Shown here piece by piece: positions 42,012 to 48,163 of a stretch of DNA of 48,163 nt. Origin of the DNA: Desulfobacteraceae bacterium (GTDB lineage: Bacteria; Desulfobacterota; Desulfobacteria; Desulfobacterales; UBA11574); the NCBI GenBank assembly GCA_030604635.1, contig JAUVVL010000002.1, forward strand, positions 1-48,163. The letters are read 5' to 3'. The translations under genes were made by a program, and so were the position numbers. Positions within the stretch are counted from its first letter, which is position 1; each line of letters opens with the position of its first letter. A model generated the notes under the pieces. That model did not search any database. It was not told the origin of the DNA and saw only the letters and a list, made by a program, of their open reading frames with translations.

Positions 42012-43079
42012 TCAGGCAATAAAATAGGTTGAATCTTCCTTCCTTACTTCTCCGTCGTCAAGGAGCTGTCTCATAACGGGAATCAGGGATCTCCAGCTTT
42101 CAATACCCAGGATGTCAGCCATCTCGACCATCCTCAGACCATCGGGATGGTCTTCAAGTATCCCTATGACCCCATCAGCCAGGCCCTCCTCCTCAGGCTC
42201 TTCTTCCTCTGCGAGATCCTCTTCCGGTTCCTCAATGACCTCCTCGGCAGATTCCTCTGCCGGTTCCTCGATGACCTCCTCAGCCGGTTCAACCTCCTCG
42301 GCAGCTTTTACCCTGGCCGGTCCTCTGGCCGACTGCATGGTAGCTAAAAGTTCCTTCCAGGCGACGGCCGTTTCTTCGCGTTCTTGTTTAAATTCCTTTA
42401 AGAGGTCATCAATATACTCCCTCCGAGGAGCATGCTCTGTCTTGAATTCTGCAATTAAATCCGCAACTTCCCTGGCTCGCCTAGGTCCCTCTGCCTTGAA
42501 TTCAGAAATCAGATCCGCAACTTCCCTGGCTCGCTCAGGTCCCTCTGCCGCAAATTCAGAAATCAGATCCGCAACCTCCCTGGCTCGCTCAGGTCCCTCT
42601 GCCTTGAATTCAGATATTAAATCGGCAACTTCCTTGGCTCGCTCAGGTCCCTCTGCCGCAAATTCAGAAATCAGGTCGGCAACCTCCCTGGCTCGCTCAG
42701 GTCCCTCTGCCTTGAATTCAGATATTAAATCGGCAACTTCCTTGGCTCGCTCAGGCCCCTCTGCTTTGAATTCAGAAATTAAATCAGCAACCTCCCTGGC
42801 TCGCTCAGGCCCCTCTGCTTTGAATTCAGAAATTAAATCAGCAACCTCCCTGGCTCGATCAGGCCCCTCTGCTTTGAATTCAGAAATTAAATCAGCAACC
42901 TCCTTGGCTCGCTCAGGCCCCTCTGCTTTGAATTCAGAAATTAAATCAGCAACCTCAGCCCTGCGCTCCTCATTTGCTGTTTTGCATTCAGATAACAGAT
43001 CTTGCACAAAATCCTTCCTGTCCCTATAGGCGCTGGCCATTTCATCTGCCAATCCTCTCAAATCGTCTGCATTTGCCAT
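42012..43079 (-). CDS. Acidic protein with ~10 tandem 18-aa repeats (EVADLISEFKAEGPERA[KR]), acidic linker and C-terminal wHTH-like domain
   Basis: Repeats span aa 42-221. The linker is EEVEPAEEVIEEPAEESAEEV... The C-terminus is ILEDHPDGLRMVEMADILGIESWRSLIPVMRQLLDDGEVRKE. It is the second gene downstream of gvpA. Confidence 0.7.
   Translation of the reverse strand: MANADDLRGLADEMASAYRDRKDFVQDLLSECKTANEERRAEVADLISEFKAEGPERAKEVADLISEFKAEGPDRAREVADLISEFKAEGPERAREVADLISEFKAEGPERAKEVADLISEFKAEGPERAREVADLISEFAAEGPERAKEVADLISEFKAEGPERAREVADLISEFAAEGPERAREVADLISEFKAEGPRRAREVADLIAEFKTEHAPRREYIDDLLKEFKQEREETAVAWKELLATMQSARGPARVKAAEEVEPAEEVIEEPAEESAEEVIEEPEEDLAEEEEPEEEGLADGVIGILEDHPDGLRMVEMADILGIESWRSLIPVMRQLLDDGEVRKEDSTYFIA
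42417..42956. repeat. 54-bp coding tandem repeat, ~10 units, near-identical
   Basis: Reiterated cctctgc[ct]ttgaattcaga[at]at[ct]a[ag]atc[ag]gcaac[ct]tcc[ct]tggctcgctcagg[ct]c units. Confidence 0.9.
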
Positions 43080-43246
43080 GTCGTTTCCTCCTTAAAATTA
43101 ATAATCTCTTATTAAAGACATGCCCGGGAATGCACACCTGCCTATAGAGGGGTGATCTTACACCTCTATACCCTCAAGGATGCCCTGAAAGTTTATGATG
43201 GCGAACCTGCTATGAGCACAAGAACTACTCGCACAGATTGGCGTTT

Positions 43247-43538
43247 CGATTGAATATTGTCGATTGAATATTGACGCTTTGTGGAAGTCGCTCCTGCCCG
43301 CCATCGCACTCGCCGTAACCAGATATGCGAAATTCAAGCGCTTGTGCTCAGGCCCGCCCTCCTGCCAAGCGGAGTGAGGCGGACGGGCGAGGCGGGCGGG
43401 TCGCTCTGTTTTTTTAAAAAACTGACAGAATTCCTTCAATCTTCAATTCCTTCAATCTTCAATTCTTCAATCTTCAATTCTTCAATCTTCAATCTTCAAT
43501 TCTTCAATCTTCAATTCTTCAATCTTCAATCTTCAATT
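43247..43538. mobile_element. MITE/REP-like element, family R1 copy d (full length, with GC-rich module and long CTTCAAT arm)
   Basis: cgattgaatattgtcgattgaatattgac | gtggaagtcgct | cctgcccgccatcgca..gcgggcgggtcgctctgtttttttaaaaaactgacagaattcc | (c)ttcaat array 43431-43538. Confidence 0.6.
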
Positions 43539-43540
43539 GT

Positions 43541-44176
43541 CTATCCACTCACCCTTGCCACTGATTGCCACTGGCCCTGGACCCTGGCCCTGACGACGTC
43601 AAAGTCATCCAGCATTCTGGTTAATTCAACATCACGATCGCTCTGCTGAGCCCTTATTGAATTGAGCATGACCTTGAAGTCTTTAACTTTAACCCCCTCT
43701 CCTTTTGATAGAAGTTTTTTAAGCCCGGCCCTGAATTCCTCCAGCTCGATCTGGAAGCATTTGAGTGTCTTGATTACTTTTTTCTCACGCTCTTTTTGTC
43801 GTGTTGAAATATCCTCTTTAATGGCCTCCATATCTTGCAGGGTTGAGCTACTCACGCCTAGAACGATCTTCCTGAGCCGGCTGATCATTTCTTTTTCCTG
43901 TTCCTGGAAAAGCTTAAGGCTGTGTTTGGCCTCTTCCTCGCTCTGCCGGCGGCATTCTACCACATCACTGATCATACGATCAAAGTCCTTTTTTCTCAGG
44001 CTTTCCGCTTTAGCAAGATTGTCCCTCAGCCGGACGATCATGTTCTCGATCTCCGTTTGAAAGCTTTTAAGGAAATGATATGCTTGATCCATCAATGTGT
44101 TTACTGTCTTCACACGCATTTCATAAGAATCTATGATACTGTTGGCCAATGCCTTTAAATCCTCTCCAGCCCCCAT
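43541..44176 (-). CDS. Coiled-coil protein immediately downstream of gvpA, distantly related to the 18-aa-repeat protein
   Basis: N-terminal EDLKALANSIIDSYEMRVKTV parallels DDLRGLADEMASAYRDRKDFV of 42012..43079. Degenerate D-F-x-x-M-I-S motifs recur (KKDFDRMISDV, VKDFKVMLNSI). Confidence 0.55.
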   Translation of the reverse strand: MGAGEDLKALANSIIDSYEMRVKTVNTLMDQAYHFLKSFQTEIENMIVRLRDNLAKAESLRKKDFDRMISDVVECRRQSEEEAKHSLKLFQEQEKEMISRLRKIVLGVSSSTLQDMEAIKEDISTRQKEREKKVIKTLKCFQIELEEFRAGLKKLLSKGEGVKVKDFKVMLNSIRAQQSDRDVELTRMLDDFDVVRARVQGQWQSVARVSG

Positions 44177-44479
44177 CTTTTCACCTCAACATAAAAAAAC
44201 CGCAAACAAATCGGACAATTACTTTATCAATTCCCTTTATAGCATTTTCAAACCGCAACTTTGTTGGTCTCGTAACTGGATTCCCGCTCCCCGATCGGGT
44301 CGAGGACAAGCTTCGCGGGAATGACGATAGCGTGTGTTTTTGACTTGTTACGGGACAATCAACTTTGTGCGAATGCTATTTTTGAAGGGAGTATTGTCAG
44401 ATTTATTTGCGGCTTTTAAAAAAATGCCATCGGAGATTTCAGATATGCTCAAGATAAAGATTTACCTACCCTATTGTCT

Positions 44480-44507
44480 GCTGAGGGGTTTTATAAAACG
44501 CCTCAGC
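44480..44507 (-). other. Stem-loop 45 nt downstream of the gvpA stop (possible partial terminator or mRNA stabiliser)
   Basis: gctgaggggttttataaaacgcctcagc: ~11-bp stem with one mismatch and no U-tract. Confidence 0.35.
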
Positions 44508-44551
44508 AATCCCAAGGATATCTGGCAATCCCCCTTCTTAATTAACGGATA

Positions 44552-44758
44552 CTAAGCGGCCTCGGGTAATAGTCCAACGGCCTCAGCGTATTTCAAGAAA
44601 GTCTCAACGCCAGCTATGACGATCCTGGCCTCAATAGCTAAAAGCTCAATGCCGACCAGGGAAATCCTGACCCATGCATCGACCACAACGCCCTTGTCGA
44701 GAATTCTATCGACAACCTCTACCAAACTTGAAGATGCTATTGCTTTTTCTACTGCCAT
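44552..44758 (-). CDS. gvpA: Major gas vesicle structural protein GvpA
   Basis: [63 protein letters not shown] is near-canonical GvpA. GGGGAGGTG RBS. Confidence 0.97.
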   Translation of the reverse strand: MAVEKAIASSSLVEVVDRILDKGVVVDAWVRISLVGIELLAIEARIVIAGVETFLKYAEAVGLLPEAA

Positions 44759-44799
44759 GTAAATTCACCTCCCCTCTTTGTGGTTTTACATGGTTATAA

Positions 44800-44815
44800 A
44801 GCACTTATCATGCCA
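44800..44815 (-). promoter_or_regulatory. Sigma54 (-24/-12) promoter candidate for gvpA
   Basis: The minus strand reads TGGCATgataaGTGCT, with GG and GC at the exact consensus spacing (TGGCAC-N5-TTGCW), about 40 nt upstream of the gvpA ATG. An NtrC-type activator gene is adjacent. Confidence 0.6.
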
Positions 44816-45019
44816 ATAAAGCACTTCTTTTCATATCTGTTTGAATTCATAGCTAAACATATAAAAACGCGTATATGTTATAAGGACAGCATGTAGCCAG
44901 GCGGTATGGCATTGCCGCCCAAATTAGGGCACGAGTGGGATATTCGACATTCATTATTCCTTGTTCGACCTGCCCGCAATGCCTTTGGGCAGATTAGAGA
45001 TAGCACCTCAATGTTTATA

Positions 45020-45135
45020 CCTGCCCGCCATCGCACCCGCTATACCCAGATATGCGAAATTCAAGCACTTGTGCTCAGGCCCGCCCTTCCTGCCAAGCGG
45101 AGTGAGGCGGACGGGCGAGAGCGTTGCGGGCAGGA
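45020..45135. repeat. GC-rich REP module (family R1 core), copy in the gvpA upstream region
   Basis: cctgcccgccatcgcacccgctatacccagatatgcgaaattcaagcacttgtgctcaggcccgcccttcctgccaagcggagtgaggcggacgggcgagagcgttgcgggcagg. Confidence 0.8.
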
Positions 45136-45174
45136 ACGAAATGAGCTTAAGTCAACAACATTGGGGGGAAGGGA

Positions 45175-46635
45175 TCACTTTTTGGCTGCTAACAACTGAC
45201 CGCTGACCACTGTCCACTGTCCACTGTTTATCTGATACCTCTTAATCTTTCTAAGCAAAGTTTTATAATCGATGCCGAGCCTGCGGGATGCCGCAGTTTT
45301 ATTCCCTTTTGTTTCGTTTAACATCTGAGTTATTATCTTTTTTTCCACGGTTTGGGAAATAGACTTAACTATCTCCGAGAGAGTTTTTCCCGCATCATTG
45401 TCAGGGATAGAGGCTTTTATTTCTGAAGTGCAATGTATGATATTAGAATTAAATATAAAGTGAATTGGTTTAATTGAAACATTTTCCTCGCTGATAAGCA
45501 CGGCCTGGCGTATAACATTTCGCAATTCACGAACATTCCCGGGCCATGGATATGAGGCCAGTGATTGAAGAGCCACCTTAGAAATCCCCTGACATTTTTT
45601 TTTGAGTTCCTGCTGAACTTCATTCATAAATCTATAAGCAAGATAGGAGATATCCTCTTTTCTTTCTCTGAGTGCAGGGACTTTCACGGCAAATTCCTTT
45701 AAGCGGAAATAGAGGTCGGGACGGAACTTTCCGGACTCTATATCTTTTTCCAGAGGCTGATTTGTAGCCGCAATAATTCGGACCTGAACGGATTTAGCTT
45801 TTTTTGATCCCAATCTTTGAATACAACGCTCCTGCATTGCTCGAAGAATTTTTTGCTGCGCCTGATATGGCAGATTGCCGATTTCATCTAAAAACAGAGT
45901 ACCTTTGTTAGCCAACTCAAACTGCCCTGGTTTGTCAGTGTAAGCTCCGGTAAAAGCTCCCTTCATATAACCGAATAGTTCACTTTCAATCAGGGTTTCC
46001 GGAATTGCACCGCAGTCGACGGCCACAAACGGTCCTTTTTTCACCATACTCATATCGTGAATGGCACGGGCCACAAGCTCCTTGCCTGTGCCGCTCTCTC
46101 CTTCTATTAAAACTGTAAATAAAGTGGGGGCAACCTTCTCCACAAGATTGGCAAGCTTCTTGATCTGATCACTTTTTCCCATAAGCTTATAAAGGGAGTC
46201 CCTTTCACTTATAACCTTTCTTAAATGTTCGATCTCTTGCACAAGATTTTTCTTCTCAAACGCCCGTTGGATGGTAAAGAGGAGGGCGCTGTTATCTATC
46301 GGCTTTGTAATATAGTCGTGTACGCCTACCTTTATGGCCTTAACCACGGACTTTACATCTGCATAGGCCGAAATCATGATAATCGGTATTGCTGGAAAAC
46401 GTCGCCTCATAACCTCGGCAACGCGCTGGCCATTCTGCCCGGGCATCCGGTAGTCTAATAAAATCATGTCAGGGATATTCTTCTCCAGCAAACTCAGAGC
46501 TTCATCCCCATCTTGCGCCTGAGCCACCATGTATCCTGCTCCCTGAAGGACATTGGTTATTGCCCAACGAAAATCAGAATCGTCATCCACCACCAGCATC
46601 TTCCTTGCGGGCGATATATGTTTCTCAGCAGTCAT
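45175..46635 (-). CDS. NtrC-family sigma54-dependent response regulator (REC, AAA+ sigma54-interaction domain, Fis-type HTH)
   Basis: MLVVDDD..ILLDYRMPGQNG; GESGTGKE Walker A; KGAFTGA (GAFTGA loop); LFLDEI; C-terminal AASRRLGIDYKTLLRKIKRY. The last ~15 aa run into a heptamer array. Confidence 0.92.
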   Translation of the reverse strand: MTAEKHISPARKMLVVDDDSDFRWAITNVLQGAGYMVAQAQDGDEALSLLEKNIPDMILLDYRMPGQNGQRVAEVMRRRFPAIPIIMISAYADVKSVVKAIKVGVHDYITKPIDNSALLFTIQRAFEKKNLVQEIEHLRKVISERDSLYKLMGKSDQIKKLANLVEKVAPTLFTVLIEGESGTGKELVARAIHDMSMVKKGPFVAVDCGAIPETLIESELFGYMKGAFTGAYTDKPGQFELANKGTLFLDEIGNLPYQAQQKILRAMQERCIQRLGSKKAKSVQVRIIAATNQPLEKDIESGKFRPDLYFRLKEFAVKVPALRERKEDISYLAYRFMNEVQQELKKKCQGISKVALQSLASYPWPGNVRELRNVIRQAVLISEENVSIKPIHFIFNSNIIHCTSEIKASIPDNDAGKTLSEIVKSISQTVEKKIITQMLNETKGNKTAASRRLGIDYKTLLRKIKRYQINSGQWTVVSGQLLAAKK

Positions 46636-46650
46636 TTTTTCTTGCTCCCT

Positions 46651-46709
46651 TAATAGTTCATCTATTTTTTGACAGGATAAACAGGATTGACATGATAATT
46701 TTTTTCATC
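46651..46709. repeat. Dispersed repeat R3-left (copy 2)
   Basis: taatagttcatctattttttgacaggataaacaggattgacatgataatttttttcatc. Confidence 0.8.
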
Positions 46710-46726
46710 GCCCATTACCTCCCATA

Positions 46727-46766
46727 AACAAAAAAACCCACCGGTCTTCTCAGGAGAACCGATGGG
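46727..46766 (-). terminator. Rho-independent terminator (minus strand)
   Basis: The minus strand reads cccatcggtt-ctcctgagaa-gaccggtggg followed by TTTTTTTG: about a 10-bp stem (two G-U pairs) and a U7 tract. Confidence 0.55.
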
Positions 46767-46827
46767 CTTACTCTTACTACTAAGTTTTTGGAATATTTGT
46801 AAAAATAAAGTGTTACATAGAAGAGAG

Positions 46828-46843
46828 AGCAAAAACTGTGCCA
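46828..46843 (-). promoter_or_regulatory. Near-consensus sigma54 promoter
   Basis: The minus strand reads TGGCACagtttTTGCT, matching every fixed position of TGGCAC-N5-TTGCW. It points toward the terminator at 46727-46766 and the NtrC-like gene. Confidence 0.55.
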
Positions 46844-47266
46844 AGATAGCTGCTATGAGGTCTTCTATACTTATAATAGAAGTCAAAATTTGCATAGCTC
46901 CAATCGATGCATTCTGGTACCCACGTTTCATGGGCACATGAAGGTTTACGGCTTCGTAAAAAGTCAAAACTTGTTGAATTATTCAATTTTGCGCATTCAT
47001 AATGTCTTTAAATGATTCGCAATTCCTTAATCCATGTAAAAAGGACTTTTTACGAGACCATCAAGGTTAGACAAACAAGGTTAGACAAAAATTTAGTGGA
47101 AAGATTTGCAGAATTGATTTTAATCATCATTTTTATCTGATAGTATATTGTCATGCGAGTTTCAGATATTTTACATTTTATTATAAGCGAACGAGTCTTT
47201 TATCATGTAATTATTATTCACCAGAACTTTTTGAGAAGTTACGCTGTAATGAGTTTTTGTGATGTG

Positions 47267-47346
47267 GTGATAAATGGTTTTGATTAACTGGATTTATATC
47301 ATGTCTATCCTGTTATCCTGCCAAATATTTTGCCTCCGGTGAACTG
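47267..47346. repeat. Dispersed repeat R3-right (copy 2)
   Basis: gtgataaatggttttgattaactggatttatatcatgtctatcctgttatcctgccaaatattttgcctccggtgaact. Confidence 0.85.
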
Positions 47347-47634
47347 TTTCCCTCTGCCTCAATGCCTGGATGGCATCATCAATGATGGAAGAACCGGTGA
47401 GAACAATAATCTCCAAATCTTCATCCAACTCCTTGAGTTGCCGTATGAACTTCTGTCCTTTCAGTTTAGGCATTCTCAATTCAGTGATAACGAGTGCAAA
47501 GGATTTGGACTTTAAAAAACCAATCGCCTCGTCGCTCCCTGAGGCTGTCCTTACCTGATAGCCTTTTTTTGCTAAGATGGTCTCAAGGTCCTTCCGGATA
47601 TCCGGTTCATGGTCGATGATAAGTATTTTTTCAT
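47294..47634 (-). pseudogene. Disrupted CheY-like receiver gene (5' frameshift in an A-run and 3' truncation by repeat R3)
   Basis: ATG 47634 has an AAGGAG RBS but the REC frame (KILIIDHEPDIRKDLETILAKKGYQV..ALVITELRMPKLKG..IIVLTG..) is offset by 1 nt. A6 is seen where A7 would give MKKILIID. The domain ends prematurely (..AIQALRQ) as it reads into the R3 repeat. Confidence 0.6.
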
Positions 47635-47916
47635 CCCTTGCTCCTTGATGCTAAATACTTTATACACATTCAGATCCCGAAAATCACTTCCCAATTTCTC
47701 TGACATACTTTTCTCTTCTCAACAATTCAACCACTCAACTATTTGACGATGTCTGTGATTAAAGGATGTCAGAAACAGCTCACTGTTGTAAATCGGGAGA
47801 ATTCTGATTTTCTATGGGGAATTGCTGGAAAATGATGAAATGGTTTGAAGTCTAATGGTTGGGGATGGTTAACTGGGCGAAATTACAGAAGAAATAGGGA
47901 AAGTAAAAGATGCGGG

Positions 47917-47945
47917 AGAAAAATCGGGTGCGGCAAAACCCGAAC
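47917..47945 (-). terminator. Possible rho-independent terminator after the LuxR-type gene
   Basis: The minus strand reads tcgggt-tttgccgc-acccga followed by TTTTT: 6-bp stem. Confidence 0.4.
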
Positions 47946-48043
47946 TTTGTTTCATGCTCAAACAACAATATGTTGTTTAGTACTTGGGCTGTCCATACCA
48001 GATAAAGGGGGTTTTAGTAGAAAGCGCCTGTTCAGGAAAATCC

Positions 48044-48163
48044 CTAAAGCTTGATCAGGTTTTTCCTGATAGCGATCTTGGTAAGATCGACTATTGATGC
48101 TGCATGCAGTTTTTCCATGATATTGTATTTATGGGATTCCACGGTTTTCGGGCTTATATACAA
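48044..48163 (-). CDS. 3' end of a LuxR/FixJ (GerE) HTH protein, probably a NarL-type response regulator (partial)
   Basis: LYISPKTVESHKYNIMEKLHAASIVDLTKIAIRKNLIKL*. The S-x-K-T-V-E-x-H pattern is diagnostic. Runs off the right edge. Confidence 0.7.
   Translation of the reverse strand: MYISPKTVESHKYNIMEKLHAASIVDLTKIAIRKNLIKL

Noticed and set aside
42417-42956. Regular direct repeats (54-bp units here, 24-bp units at 15957-16493, heptamer arrays) considered as possible CRISPR arrays
   Set aside because: The repeats are contiguous with no unique spacers. The first two are in-frame coding repeats, and no cas genes are present.
42112-43029. Long plus-strand ORFs antisense to well-supported genes (42112..43029, 37229..37984, 20974..21561, 23041..23625, 33276..33824, 4100..4663 and others)
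   Set aside because: Each lies wholly inside a minus-strand gene with strong domain signatures. Their translations are Ser/Leu/Pro-rich low-complexity mirror reads without motifs, and there is no RBS or start context.
43158-43439. ORFs over the GC-rich REP modules (43158..43439, 43281..43649, 44906..45199, 44961..45206, 8266..8526)
   Set aside because: The same nucleotide repeat is read in different frames and strands at different copies (ARHRTRRNQICEIQALVLRP etc.), so the conservation is at DNA level rather than protein level.
46662-46967. 101-aa ORF upstream of the NtrC-like gene
   Set aside because: It spans the R3 repeat, an intrinsic terminator and a sigma54 promoter match. It is hydrophobic low-complexity sequence, so the region is more plausibly regulatory or sRNA.
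1-48163. Alternative organelle types (bacterial microcompartment, encapsulin, magnetosome), prophage, and tRNA or rRNA genes
   Set aside because: I saw no BMC-H/BMC-P shell motifs, encapsulin or HK97-fold hallmarks, mam/mad-like genes, phage structural or integrase genes, or tRNA/rRNA-like sequence. The shell proteins present are all of the GvpA/J family.

Overview
All domain calls below were made by eye from motifs; no HMM or database search was run. The window is a 48-kb gene array, almost entirely on the minus strand, dominated by a very large gas-vesicle (gvp) super-cluster (about 2.9-46.6 kb). Canonical gvp genes present: one gvpA behind a sigma54-type promoter, two GvpJ/A-family fusions, gvpK, three GvpF/L, two GvpG, gvpO plus a tandem GvpO-like protein, two gvpN and two Hsp20/GvpH-like genes. 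Interleaved on the same strand is machinery not known from characterised gvp clusters. It comprises an atypical Hsp70, a J-domain fused to a GvpF/L protein, and six free-standing DnaJ-type CxxCxGxG zinc-finger proteins. It also includes two internally duplicated Get3/ArsA-like ATPases, a Cdc48/VCP-like double AAA+ ATPase, two paralogous B12-binding radical SAM enzymes, four PH/GRAM-like domains (one pair fused to GvpJ), zinc-ribbon fusions, two highly repetitive proteins (8-aa P-x-P-L-K-x-Y repeats and 18-aa acidic repeats) and a family of at least 7 small winged-helix proteins. Regulation appears to be sigma54/NtrC-type plus several two-component proteins. Nearly every intergenic spacer is filled with heptanucleotide tandem repeats (STRR-like) and MITE/REP-like elements. 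Copies of these repeats sit in-frame inside the Get3-like and Hsp70 genes. My leading hypothesis is a previously undescribed, chaperone-assisted gas-vesicle or organelle biogenesis system. The taxon cannot be determined; sigma54 dependence excludes cyanobacteria, and a Desulfobacterota-like origin is only a guess.
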